64,000 nt of DNA, taken from contig OX597839.1 of assembly GCA_951406725.2 (NCBI GenBank), positions 36,146,001 to 36,210,000 on the forward strand, in the 5' to 3' direction. Under the pieces are notes generated by a model, which searched no databases, had not been told where the DNA came from, and saw only the letters and a program-made list of their open reading frames with translations. Both the position numbers and the translations under genes were made by a program. The stretch's first letter is position 1. Each line of letters begins with the position of its first letter. Shown in pieces: positions 1-12,999 of the stretch. Origin of the DNA: Octopus vulgaris. Its lineage: Eukaryota.

Positions 1-39
1 GTCACACTATAAACTCACGCACAAATACACATAGATGAA

Positions 40-76
<37 letters not shown>

Positions 77-97
77 TGTGTTTACGTATATATTATA

Positions 98-457
98 TAC
101 TTGTTTCAGTCATTTGACCGCGGCCATGCTGGAGCACCGCCTTTAGTCGAGCAAATCGACCCCAGGACTTATTCTTTGTAAGCCTAGCATTTATTTTATC
201 GGTTTCTTTTGCCGAACCGCTAAGTTACGGGAACGTAAACACACCAGTATCGATTGTCAAGCTATGTTGGGGGTGGGACACAAACATACACACACACATA
301 CACATATACGACGGGCTTCTTTCAGTTTCCGTCTACCAAATCTACTCACAAGGCTTTCTTTGGTCGGCACGAGGCTATTTTAGAAGACACTTGCCTTAGT
401 TTCCACGCTGTGGGACTGGACCCGAAACCATGTGGTTGGTAAGCAAGCTACTTACCA
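98..457 (-). mobile_element. Octopus tRNA-derived SINE family A (CORE-like, OR-type), 5'-truncated
   Basis: Near-identical to the copies at 5816-6210 and 11958-12337; shared 3' end ...gcggtgctccagcatggccgcagtcaaatgactgaaacaagta. Confidence 0.85.
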
Positions 458-948
458 AGTATGTATACATACACACACACATATATATATATGCGCAGAC
501 AAAAGCATGTGCATATATGTATAAAATACATACATATACACACATGTATGTATTCTTCGTTCGTATGATGCTTAGCACCCAAGGTACCGTTCAAAACATT
601 ACGATCTCCAATTCTTCCCAGAAAATTGGTCCTATGTAGTCCCTCTTCCACACATCCTTTTTTTTTAAAGAGGAGCGTTAAGGGGCCAGACGGCATCAAG
701 TCTACCCAAAGCCATCCATATGTAGCCTTCCTGCAGATGGTAGCTAATACATAAACATACATACACCCAACTTTCTCTCAATATATGTGTGCGTATGAAT
801 GTATATATATATATCTACATATACATATATATACACACCCATTTTATTAAGCCGAAAATTCAAATGTTACAGTTACATGTGACCGTTCGTCAGACAGTTG
901 TGATAATAGAGAATAATGAAATTTATAAATTGCACAATTGCACGTGCG

Positions 949-988
<40 letters not shown>

Positions 989-996
989 CTTGTGTA

Positions 997-1049
997 GGAT
1001 CTTTTCCTAGAAATTGTGTTGAAAACTGCCGTTCAAAAGGAAAGGATCC
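997..1049. mobile_element. Tiny internally deleted TIR element (GGATCTTTTC-terminus family)
   Basis: Ends ggatcttttcc ... aaaactgccgttcaaaaggaaaggatcc are related to the termini of 6817-7230. Flanks cttgtgta / cgtgtgta match at 7 of 8 positions (candidate 8-bp TSD). Confidence 0.55.
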
Positions 1050-1263
1050 CGTGTGTATATATATATAATATACATACATATTATTTGAATATATTATATT
1101 TATATCATATATACGCGCTCACAATATATACATTTATTTTTTAATCTATGGAAACTTATACAAGGTCGAGTCTTGGGCATGGTATTTCTGTATGTAACTC
1201 GGCTTTTAAATCATTATGTAGTCGTGGTTTGTAAATATTCCATCGTTAGACTTTTCTCATATA

Positions 1264-1328
<65 letters not shown>

Positions 1329-1536
1329 GATACTAAATAACGAAGGAGTATAGATTGCTTCCGTTTGAATGTACAAGCGTACGCGTATATACATATAGAT
1401 TTAAAAAAAAACAAGTACTAAGGTCCGATTGTTGTAGTTGAAACCCTTCAGGGCAGTGCCCCAGCATGGCCACAGTCCAATAATGGCTGGAAAAAGTAAA
1501 AGTTAAAGCAGAGACATGGAATGAGTCAAGTATGTG

Positions 1537-1574
<38 letters not shown>

Positions 1575-1954
1575 CACATGTATATGTGTATGTGTATATA
1601 TTTAAATATATACAGAGAGTAATATGTGTATATATACATGTGTGTGTGTGTGTGTGTGGCTGTTTGTCTCTGGGAGCGAGTAGGGGGTGTCTTCTACATG
1701 CGTTTATATTTAATCTTTATACGGCAATAAACACACACATATACATCCAGAGCAATGTGTATGTGTGTATGCATACATATGTATATATACATACTGTAGA
1801 AGGATATGATAAACAACTGCCGTAGAAGTGTGTGTGTGTGTGTATAATATATGTATATATATATATGTATGTGTTCCTATGTGTGTGTGTGTGTGTGTGT
1901 CTATATATGCGCGTGCTTGTGTGAAGACAGCAGATGGCGAAGTCAATAGGAATG

Positions 1955-2560
1955 TGTAGTAGTAGTAGCAGCAGTAGTAGTAGTAGTGGTGATAATGGTG
2001 GTGTGATGGTTGTGGTGGTAGTGGTAGTGGTGTTAGAGGTGGGGGGTAGGGGGTGATGTTGGAGAGGGGGAAGTGGCGGTAATAATGGTGGTAGGGGGAG
2101 TGTTGGAGGTGATTGTTGTTGTAGTGGTGATGGTGGTGGTGGCGATGGCGGTAACGGCAGTGGTAGTGGTGTAGGTGGTGGTGGTGGTGGTGGTAGGGAT
2201 ATACGTGGAAGGTGCAGGTAGAGGGAAGAGGAGACGTAAGATTGTCAGCAGTTTTTGGCGGCGTCAAAAGAAAGCTATTTTAGTAAAACCGAATTAGAAG
2301 AGAGAGGAAGGGGAGAAGTGAAAGATAGACAAGAGAAAGAGAGAGATAAAAAGAGAAAAAGTAAGAGATAGAGACATAGAGAGGGGGAAAAATTGAAAGA
2401 CAGAAAGCAGAAGAGAGGAAAGGAAATAATGATAGATATAACGAGAGGAGGAGGGAAACTGAGTGAGAGATAGAGATAGAGAGGGAATAAGTGACAATGT
2501 AAGAGACACAGATTAGATAGACAGATATATATAGAGAGAGGGGGATAGAGAAATAACTGG
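1955..2560. repeat. (GTA/GTG)n trinucleotide block followed by a long GA-rich polypurine tract
   Basis: Directly visible; explains the poly-His/Tyr and Leu/Ser ORFs in the track. Confidence 0.9.
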
Positions 2561-3022
2561 CTTTCCTGCTGGTAGGCATTAAAGGGCATTGTGTGTGTGT
2601 GTGTGTATATATATAATGTATGTATGTAAATATGTGTATGTATGCGGCCCTATTTGGGGTACATCTGCGTGTCTATATATTGGGGTATATGTATATAAAC
2701 GTGGATGTGCGTATGTGTGCTGAGAGATGCTAGTTCATATATTAAAAGGAACTTTAAAGTACATTGTCTATATGTGTGTGTGTTTATATCTGCATACATT
2801 CGTGTATATGTATATATATATGCATGTGAGTGTATATATATATCTTCACACATGACTATTTTCCAATTTAACATGCTGTCTATCTATATCTACAGTTATG
2901 TACATACATATATGTGTATATATACATGTGTGTTTGTCGGTTGTATGCAGGTATATGTAGATGTATATATATATATATGTGTATATACATGTGTGTTTGT
3001 CGGCTGTATGCAGGTATATGTA

Positions 3023-3066
<44 letters not shown>

Positions 3067-3957
3067 TCCCGGGGTCGATTTGCTCGACTAAATGCGGTGC
3101 TCCAGTATGGCCGCAGTCAAATGACTGAAACAAGTAAAAGAGTAAAGAGTATATATGTGTGTGTGTGTATGTGTATTATACACATACATAGATATATTAT
3201 ATACGTACATACATGTTATATTATATACGTAAATATACGCACGCTTGTGTAGAGAGGTGCTGAGTATATTTTTGTCTGTGAGTGTGTATATATATATACA
3301 TACATATAAATGTATGACTATATATATATATATATAATATAGACACACGCACAGACACACACATATATATGTTATAATATAAATACGTACGTATGAATAT
3401 ATGTGTTATATAGTAACATATGTGCGTATATATTCTTGTGTGTATATATGCATGTGTATGTCTCCTCAAGTCGGCACTGATTTAAGATGAGGGATCCTTT
3501 CGTCTCTTTCTCTTTCTAGACAGCCTCTTGTTATTTGTTAAGACTGTAAGGATATAATTTTAGGGAGATTTGGCTGCTGTTTCCAGCAGGTCTAGCAACT
3601 ACATATATAGTATATCGTGTGTGTATATGCTTTATCTAAAGTCAGTATATATATATACGTCGATTAACCATGTGTATTTTAATGTAATCTGAGCAAGATC
3701 GTCATGATGATGATGGTGGTGATAGTGGTGATGGTTCTAATGTAAATGCGTATATATGTTTTGATTGCGGTCGTTGGTATACAAATGTGTGTAGTCACCA
3801 TATATTATATACATGCTTGTATAAAATGTGTATGTTGCAGATACTGTACATTACATACAGATGTTATGTATGTTATAGAAAGGGTGAATGTATATGTTTC
3901 TTATATCAGTATATTATATAGCATTAGCAATAGTATATATACATTTGTGTGTGTATG

Positions 3958-4076
<119 letters not shown>

Positions 4077-4124
4077 CACACACACACATATATATATATA
4101 TACATATGTGTGTGTGTGTTGTAT

Positions 4125-4483
4125 GTAGCTTGCTTACGAACCACATGGTTCCGGGTTCAGTCCCACTGTGTGGAACCTTGGACCGACCAAAACTTGTGAG
4201 TGGATTTGGTAGACGGAAACTGAAAGAAGCCCGTCGTATATATATATATATATATACATATAAATGTATGACTATATGTGTGTCTGTGTTTGTTCCCTCA
4301 ACATTGCTTGACAACTGATGCTGGTGTGTTTACGTCCCCGTAACTTAGCGGTTCGGCAAAAGATACCGATAGAATAAGTACTAGGCTTGCAATAAGAATA
4401 AGTCCTGGTTTCGATTTACTCGACTAAAGGCGGTGCTCCAGCACGGCCACAGTCAAATGACTGAAACAAGTAAAAGAGTAAAG
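4125..4483 (+). mobile_element. SINE family A copy with internal deletion
   Basis: B-box-like gggttcagtccc, internal (TA)/(TG) microsatellite, tail gactgaaacaagtaaaagagtaaag. Confidence 0.85.
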
Positions 4484-4612
4484 TGTATATATATACTACT
4501 TGTTTAGCCACACACACACACATATATTGAAAAATACATTATATTATGTGCATCCGTTTTCCAAGACGACTGGGTATTAAGGGAGATTTTGCTGCTATAG
4601 CGACCACATAGT

Positions 4613-4704
<92 letters not shown>

Positions 4705-4959
4705 TTGTACAGCGTACGTATATATGCACATATATACATACATACACCTACACATATATACATGCATACTATTATACATACATACGCATAGATAAACAAC
4801 GAATTTCAGTCATTGCGCTGCGACCATGCTGGAGTATTGACTTCAAGGAGTTTAGCTGATTATATCAATTCCAGTAGTTATTTCAGGTGAACACACTTGT
4901 TTAAATGGCAAGTCGGGGATGGTATGCGTATACAATTGTTTCATACACGCACGCATATA

Positions 4960-5140
4960 TATTGGGAAGAATTCACGGAAAAAAAAAGACGAAGACAGGT
5001 GGTGTAGAAAACAATCAGATGTATTAGTATAACGCTCAGAAATTGAAAAAGTTTTTAACATTTCGAGCCTACGCTCTTTCACAGAAAGAAACAAGGAGAG
5101 AAAAGAAATGTGTGTAGTGGCTACCGATCTATCATGGCGA
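4960..5140 (-). mobile_element. Probable Penelope-like element terminal remnant with a decayed hammerhead-like motif
   Basis: Minus strand 5086-5059 reads ttCTGTGAAA-gagc-gtag-gctc-GAAAtg, i.e. hammerhead-like geometry with core mutations. Abuts the RTE fragment. Confidence 0.45.
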
Positions 5141-5141
5141 A

Positions 5142-5806
5142 TGTGTACTTAGCACTCTACTGTATGGAAGTGAGAGTTGGACGCTATACACACGCCAAGA
5201 GCGTCGCCTAAACATCTTTCACCTGCGCTGCCTCCGGAAAATCCTCCGCATCAAATGGCAGAACCATATCCCCAACAAAGATGTCCTCAGGCAAGCAGGG
5301 ATACCAAGCATGTTTGCACTCCTCACACAAAGACGTATGAGATGGCTTGGGCATGTTAGCCGTATGAAAGATGGCAGAATCCCCAAGGACATACTCTACG
5401 GAGAGCTTGCTAGGGGTACTAGGTCTGTGGGTAGACCGCTCTTACGTTACAAGGATGTTTGCAAAAGGGACATGAAGGCCTGCAACATCAATATTAGCGG
5501 TTGGGAGGCAGCTGCCGGCAACCGTGGAGACTGGCGACGTACCGTAAGAGAGGGAATACAAAGGAGTGACAGAGAGAGAGAGGAGAAATGGAAAGACAAG
5601 AAAAGATGTCAACAAGAAACTATGGCATTACAACCAGCCAGGAACAGTCTTCGCTACATTTGCGGTACCTGCCAGAGGGAGTGTTTGTCCAGGATAGGAC
5701 TACACAGCCACAGCAGGAAATGTATCAGGACATGAAATGTAAAAGCCGGACTAGACTACTTTATGCGCAACTCCATTGTCTCCCGAGACAAAAAGGATGC
5801 CAACCA
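5142..5806 (+). mobile_element. 5'-truncated RTE-clade (BovB-like) LINE: C-terminal ORF region plus 3' UTR
   Basis: Uninterrupted frame 5142-5735: CVLSTLLYGSESWTL...LRKILRIKWQ...RRMRWLGHVSRMKDGRIPKDILYGEL...GRPLLRYKD...C..C.R...SRIGLHSHSRKC (RTE signatures plus terminal CCHC-like motif). Short 3' UTR with hairpin tgtctc-cc-gagaca. Confidence 0.92.
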
Positions 5807-5815
5807 ATATATATA

Positions 5816-6210
5816 TACTCTTTTACTCTTTTACTTGTTTCAGTCATTTGACTGCGGCCATGCTGGAGCACCGCCTTTAATCGAGCAACTCGACCCCGAG
5901 ACTTATTCTTTTGTAAGCCCAGTACTTATTCTATCGGTCTCTTTTGCTGAACCGCTAAGTAACGGGGACATAAACACACCAGCATCGGTTGTCAAGCAAT
6001 GCTAGGGGGACAAACACACACACGTATATATATATATACATATATACGACGGGCTTCTTTCAGTTTCCGTCTACCAAATCCACTCACAAGGCATTGGTCG
6101 ACCCGAGGCTATAGTAGAAGACACTTGCCCAAAGTGCCACGCAGTGGGACTGAACCCGGAACCATGTGGTTGGTAAACAAGCTACTTACCACACAGCCAC
6201 TTCTGCGCCT
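5816..6210 (-). mobile_element. Full-length SINE family A, tail-to-tail with the RTE fragment
   Basis: Head aggcgcagaagtggctgtgtggtaag (A box), gggttcagtccc (B box), CORE-like ggcactttgggcaagtgtc, tail (taaaagag)n. Confidence 0.9.
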
Positions 6211-6816
6211 ATATATATATATATATATAATGTAAAAAAATATGTATGTATCTATACTTATATATATATATATGTATTGTGTGTGTATCTTTTATCGTGC
6301 GTAACGAGCACATGTATATTGAAATAGTTTCAATATTAAAGAGGACAAATAAGTATGAATATTTATGTATAGATGGCAGTCTCTACTTGTCTGTATACTT
6401 GTATGTATATACGTGCACGTGTACGGGTGAGTGCGTGTTTAATGGTGCTATAAACAGTACCATTACTAACAATCACCAATAGTACAGCGACTGTACTATT
6501 GGCAATTGCTTGTAAGTAGTACTGCACTATACAATGATACATTATCACGTGATGTGTTGTTTGTTTAACCACAGGTCGGCCATGATGCAACGAACAGATT
6601 TATTGTCAAAAGCGTTCCAGCCGACACCATGTCACCGTTTTTAAAACATTGGTCATCATTTGAGACACATGACCGCAACTATTCTTAAGAATGTTGAGCG
6701 ACTTCGTTGAGACGTGGTGTTCGGCACTGATCGGTAAAGTACGCCAGAGTACGGACTCTCTTACGTTTTTTTATGTAGATACTGTGGCACTTATATCACT
6801 GAAAAATATCCCAAAG

Positions 6817-7230
6817 GGATCTTTTCGGTTTGACCGGCAGTTTTTTCTAGCGGTGTCATATGAAATTGCCACCCATAATTATGACCCTAGTATCGATCTA
6901 TTGCATTTCAATCTGTTTTAGGGTTAGGGGTGGGGGGAAGGTATCTTTTTTCTTCAGAAATGTAAATAAACTCAATCTGTTTCTTAAACGTGGGACATAT
7001 TCATACGGCACAGAATGTTTTTTTTTACCTCAATAGACGTCATTGATTGGTTGAAATTGCAGAAATTGAAGAAAAAAAACAACAAATATCTTACAAAGTA
7101 TAGAATTTTCTCAATAAAGCCAAGAGAAAAAGATGTTTTATAAACACATTCTACCAGTATACGAAGCTTAAAAATGTTTAGTTACGTGGAAATTATTTTT
7201 AAAAACTGCCGTTCAAACCGAAAAGATTCC
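6817..7230. mobile_element. Non-autonomous DNA transposon/MITE with ~29-bp TIRs
   Basis: ggatcttttcggtttgaccggcagttttt ... aaaaactgccgttcaaaccgaaaagattcc. A second partial copy of its right half lies at ~10908-11058. TSD is not clear and the superfamily is not assigned. Confidence 0.8.
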
Positions 7231-7482
7231 CCCATCTCTCATTGTATATATTTTCTATTCTTTTTCATTCTCCTGTATACTAACATCTTTCTCTCCCCGT
7301 GTACCTCCGCTGTTTCTAATTTTCTTCTTTTTTCTTTGCTTCTCTCTCTCTCTCTCTCTCATTCCCCAAATACACTTACATTTGCATAAACGGTTTTACT
7401 GTGTATAGATGTGCCGATGTGCATAGAAATGCATATACACATACACATATATGAAACCTCTTTGTGTGTGTGTGTCTGTGTA

Positions 7483-8082
<600 letters not shown>

Positions 8083-9172
8083 CACACAGACACACACATA
8101 TTTGAAATTATCGCAACGTAAAATTTTCTTATCCCGCCTCGCTTTTTATCTTCTGTTTTCCCTGGCAGTTTCTATAACAACAGGAAGAAGAACGGAAAAA
8201 AACTGAATAAATAAAACCCTCGAGAGTGGCCTAATTTCTCAAACACTCTCCCGCCTTCCTCATCACTTCAACAGGCAAAACTATTAACAAACTAAACCTA
8301 TCCTAGTTTTCTAAATTTTCTCTCTGATATTCAAGTATAAATCTCTCTCAATTCTGGGAAAATATATAGAAAAATAAATGAAACTATTTACTTGTTTACT
8401 TCTGAAGCTTAAAATTGTTTAAAGAATATATATTTGTATATTTTAAAACTGTTGGACGGCATATTTAGGTGATAAAAAAAAAAACTGACATCGCCGACGT
8501 TTTTTTTTCCATTCTCGCGGTACTCTGCCTGATTCGTCTGTCTGTCTATATCTCTGACCTTAATATACTTATAAACTGCTTGTGACCCTAGAGAAGAAAC
8601 ATATATACAGCATTTCAGACTTGACTATACTGGGATAGGATTACTGTTACATTTCTCCATTGCCATAGAAGGATTTTCAACACAACTCTGTCAGCTAAAA
8701 ACACAATAATCATACGAGTTCGTTCATACGCTACTTTTTCAATTGATGGATCTGTATATATAAAAACCCAAAGATACCTGTTTATAATGATAAGGAGTGT
8801 TACTCACTACAGCCATGGACAGTATGACTGTACTGAATATGAGGCTTAATTTCTCCAACTGTGCTGATCATATATTTATATATATTATATGTTTGAAAAT
8901 ATACCCGGATTTCACTCAGACGCTTGACTTATTTTCCCAGTTAAAAATATAGAAAGCAAAATATAAAATTAATGGATATCACCAAATCTAACGCTAACCT
9001 AATTATAGTTCAGAAACCTCGAGTAGATTAGCATGGGTTTGTTGGTGGGAATAAGCAAGGCTAAATACACAGTTATACATTTTTTGGTGATGAGAGCAGG
9101 CTAATAATTCTTGATGCCATCAAGCGAATAAAAAGAGTTCACCATCTTTCTCTCTAAGATATATATATATAC

Positions 9173-9304
9173 TTTATTTAAAGCAGCTGAAAATTCAACA
9201 AAACCTGTTACTCTGAGTTTCCCCTTTGCCGTTGCTGTCCGATGAACGGCAACGGGAAACTCAGAGTAACAGGTTTTCTTGAATTTTCTGCTGCTTTAAA
9301 TAAA
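9173..9304. repeat. Fold-back inverted repeat (~60-bp arms, 11-nt loop), probably a Penelope-like element remnant
   Basis: 9173-9233 is the reverse complement of 9245-9304 with about 3-4 differences; the remnant is embedded between (TA)n tracts. Confidence 0.9.
9235..9272 (+). ncRNA. Minimal type-I hammerhead ribozyme-like motif
   Basis: Stem I ctgt/acag; core CCGATGA (canonical CUGANGA, U4 to C); stem II (a)cg-GCAA-cg(g); GAAA; short palindromic stem III ctc-a-gag; GUA cleavage triplet ending at 9268. Confidence 0.55.
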
Positions 9305-9376
9305 TCATATTTACTCTACCACTGGTGTTTGAGTACTCTTTTTTCCACCTTGTTTCACATTTATGTGTTTACTCCA

Positions 9377-9440
<64 letters not shown>

Positions 9441-9519
9441 TATGAGGGTAATAAAGAATTTATTACCCTGATAACAGTAAAAACTTAGTGAATAGACTTT
9501 ATATTATTCATATAAATAC

Positions 9520-9702
9520 AGTGTACATTTAAACACATTAAGAGGTATCCGTCATAAGATTCCTTTGCAGGAGATAAATGGTAAATGTTTTTATTTTTCA
9601 TTCCCTTCGCAGTTTATCCCTAATAGTGGTTTGGATTTTAGCTGTTCCTTCTAGCGTGCACGGAATCCTATGACGGATACCTCTGATGTGTTTAAATGTA
9701 CA

Positions 9703-9704
<2 letters not shown>
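9520..9704. repeat. Inverted repeat, ~48-bp arms with ~87-bp spacer
   Basis: agtgtacatttaaacacattaagaggtatccgtcataagattcc...tgca versus tgcacggaatcctatgacggatacctctgatgtgtttaaatgtacact. Confidence 0.85.
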
Positions 9705-9745
<41 letters not shown>

Positions 9746-9748
<3 letters not shown>

Positions 9749-9857
9749 TAATTAAGGGTTTAGCAACGATTTGCCTCACCACACACCGAATTTAGAAATA
9801 GCAGTCAAAGAGTTATGGCTATTCTTTCTACTTAAAAGGGAGATCCCAGTAAAACCA
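9746..9857. repeat. Dispersed repeat end adjacent to (TA)n; second copy at ~22150-22258
   Basis: aagtaattaagggttt(a/g)gcaacgatttgcctcaccacacaccgaatttagaaatagcagtc...aaaagggagatcc is shared by both loci. Confidence 0.8.
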
Positions 9858-10138
9858 CAGCACTTAAAAGGCAAAATATATATAATATTTAGTATACACA
9901 ATATTTAAATATGAGCTACTAATAGTTTCACGCTATAATTCCGCAAATTTATATATCGTGCCTTGGGTCTCCAAGCAAATACAAATAGTCGCGCTTGTTT
10001 GAAAAGAGAAGGTAGGTGCAAAAAGTGAAATGAGAAGAAGTGGAACGAGAAGACAAAATTTGGATTAAAACGGAAAAAGAAAACAAAAATTAAACAAGAG
10101 TTGCACCTCTTTTATCCATCCAAAATTGTAGTCTAGCT

Positions 10139-10357
10139 CAGTGCTTTTCAACATTTTTGCTGGGGCGGAACCCCAAGGAAACATTCCACTGGCTCGAGGA
10201 ACCCCTGTGCAATAATTTAATAGTCTTATGCACACATATCTGCACAGGAGAATTAAAAATTACTGCCGATTTTAGCAGTTTTGTAACTTCTTGCGGAACC
10301 CCTGGACTGTACTGGCGGAACCCTAAGGTTCCACGGAACCCTGGTTGAAAACCACTG
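10139..10357. mobile_element. hAT (Charlie-type) MITE, 219 bp
   Basis: TIRs cagtgcttttcaac / gttgaaaaccactg; perfect 8-bp TSD gtctagct (10131-10138 and 10358-10365) with the TCTAG core typical of Charlie elements; internal ggaacccc repeats. Confidence 0.93.
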
Positions 10358-11079
10358 GTCTAGCTGGTGCAGATTCTACGGGGAGGAGGCTGTGGTCTGT
10401 GAGATAGTTGCTCAGTTCAGGGAGGGTGATGTCCTCCGAGATCCAGTCTTTTTCATTCGCAAAATCAACCCCCACTTAATTTAGCTCAGATTGCTTTCAT
10501 TTCTGGTGTATCGATACAACTCTGAATTTTGATTACGATCAACCAATTACTTTTATATCATAAATTAAAGAATCTGATGTTATTTGGCATTAAGGTTGTG
10601 AAATCTGAGTAATTTTAGCCAATCAACAGACAGCGTGACATTAGCAGCTTGTTACCATGAGAACAGGACGCTGTGTTGGTTGTCTGTGACGCACGTTGTT
10701 CGTTCAACGTGGATTCTTTTACAATTGAGTCTTCACACAACGAGATTCTTTTCACCTGCGTGTTTTGTTTTAATTTTTCTGCAGACAAATATATTAAAAT
10801 AACAAAATTTAAAAAACACAATCAATGGGAGATGAAAGACTAGATCCAGATGACACATGTTGATTTTATTAGGTATTTCTGTCTATTTACAAAACTACAA
10901 TGAAAATAAACAACAAATATCTTACAAACTACAGAATGTTCTCAAAGCCAAGAGAAAAAGATGTTTTATAAACACATTCTACCAGTATACGAAGTTTAAA
11001 ATTTTTTAGTTACAAAGAAATTATTTTAAAAATCTGCCGGTCACAGCGAAAAGATCCGAGATGGGTATATATATATCTG

Positions 11080-11222
<143 letters not shown>

Positions 11223-11337
11223 ATATATATATATCGACTAAAGGCTGTGCTCCAGCATGGCCACAGTCAAATGACTGAAACCTAGTAAAAGAGTATATGT
11301 ATATATATATATATGTGTGTGTGTATATACATATGTG

Positions 11338-11403
<66 letters not shown>

Positions 11404-11545
11404 CACATACACACAGTAGAACTTCGCAGTACGAGTGACCCATTGTACAATTCGCTGTGCGAGCCGAGACTCGTGCGAATTTTTGTCTTGAAGTATGAGC
11501 GTTAATCCACAGTACTAGCATACAAATCGTCCCATTCTAAAGGTA

Positions 11546-11742
11546 ATTCGTTTGCCTATTTGCAACGTAGGTTGCATTTCCACTACGACTTGAAATGATC
11601 AGAAATTGTCCGGCGGTTGCCATTTGAATGGAAATTTTGTTTTCACTATAAAGCACATATTTCTAGGTTTATACTCCCCTCCCCCCTTGAGACCTTCAGT
11701 CGTAGTGGAAATCCAACCTATGTTGCAAATAGGTATACGAAT
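11546..11742. mobile_element. MITE-like element with ~48-bp imperfect TIRs
   Basis: attcgtttgcctatttgcaacgtaggttgcatttccactacgacttgaa versus ttcagtcgtagtggaaatccaacctatgttgcaaataggtatacgaat. Confidence 0.75.
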
Positions 11743-11957
11743 ATTGTATAAATTTTTTGGGAAAAATTTTGCACTATATTTTGTACATCTGAGTATACCA
11801 GCCTGCGGGGCGCAATAAAACGGGTTCGCGGGCGCAATTGCGGGCGGGGGTTTCTCCATCCCTGGATTAAATTCATCAAGACAGTGCTTCAGCATAGTCG
11901 CAGTCCAAATAAAAGATAAAATGATAAAATATATGTATGTGTGTGTATGTATATATA

Positions 11958-12337
11958 TACTCTTTTACTTGTTTCAGTCATTTGACTGCGGCCATGCTGG
12001 AGCACCGCCTCCAGTCGAGCAAATCAACCCCGGGACTTATTCTTTGTAGGCCCAGTACTCACTATATCGGTCTCTTTTGCCGAACCGCTAAGTGACGGGG
12101 ACGTAAACACACCAGCATCGGTTGTCAAGCAATGCTAGGGGACAAACACAGACATACAAACACACACATACATATATATATATATATACGACGGGCTTCT
12201 TTCAGTTTCTGTCTACCAAATCCACTCACAAGGCATTGGTCGGCCCGGGGCTATAGCAGAAGACACTTGCCCAAGATGCCACGCAGTGGGACTGAACCCG
12301 GAACCATGTGGTTGGTTAGCAAGCTACTTACCACACA
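11958..12337 (-). mobile_element. SINE family A, nearly full length
   Basis: High identity to 5816-6210. Confidence 0.9.
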
Positions 12338-12457
12338 TTTGTAAGTAATAAATATAACCGAAATTAGCACAGAACACACACATTCTATATTAACATTGTA
12401 ACGTAATTTTTTAAGCTCGACCAAATTATAAATGCAAATTTTGTCTATATATTTTCA

Positions 12458-12503
<46 letters not shown>

Positions 12504-12999
12504 AAAGAAAGCATTAATATTATTATAAAAGAATATGTAAGCCCTTGTGGCCAATAAACGAATTAATTATTATAATTATGAATCTAAACTCATTTATTTC
12601 ATCTGTTTATCTTTTTCCATTTTCTTTCTCTCGCGTCGAAATTTCTTCTGCCAATCCCATCCTCCTCTCTAGTTTTCTTTAAATAAAATAACATCTGTTT
12701 GTTTCGTCTCACAAGCTAACTCTATTCCTACGATTTTTTTTCCATCAGAGAAACGAAATAACTGAGATCAACAGTTCGAAAATTGATTATCTTTTATCGA
12801 TTCAAAAATATAAAAAAAAAAAAAAAATATTGATTTCATACTATTTTATCTACTTTCGATTTGTAATCAATTCTTAAAAATTTGCAGTTGATATAAAACA
12901 TTTATCAGTTAAGTATAGTTAAAGGGAAGTGATAGCAGCCACATAATCAGCTAGAATTAACGTAGTATTAATCAATTCGTTCAACGTTTTATCTTCAAA

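Noticed and set aside
6917-6937. ttagggttaggg telomere-like motif
   Set aside because: Only two units, internal to a MITE; not an interstitial telomere array.
8750-8870. Minus-strand peptide GEIKPHIQYSHTVHGC, faintly like the amidohydrolase G-D-I-x-T-H-x-F-H-G motif, followed by GTGAGT
   Set aside because: No convincing acceptor or polypyrimidine tract, poor similarity on either side, and the intervening exons are missing; probably chance. A spliced alignment would settle it.
11413-11520. cagtagaacttcg Tigger-like terminus (a similar hint occurs at ~59330)
   Set aside because: No matching second TIR found; too fragmentary to call.
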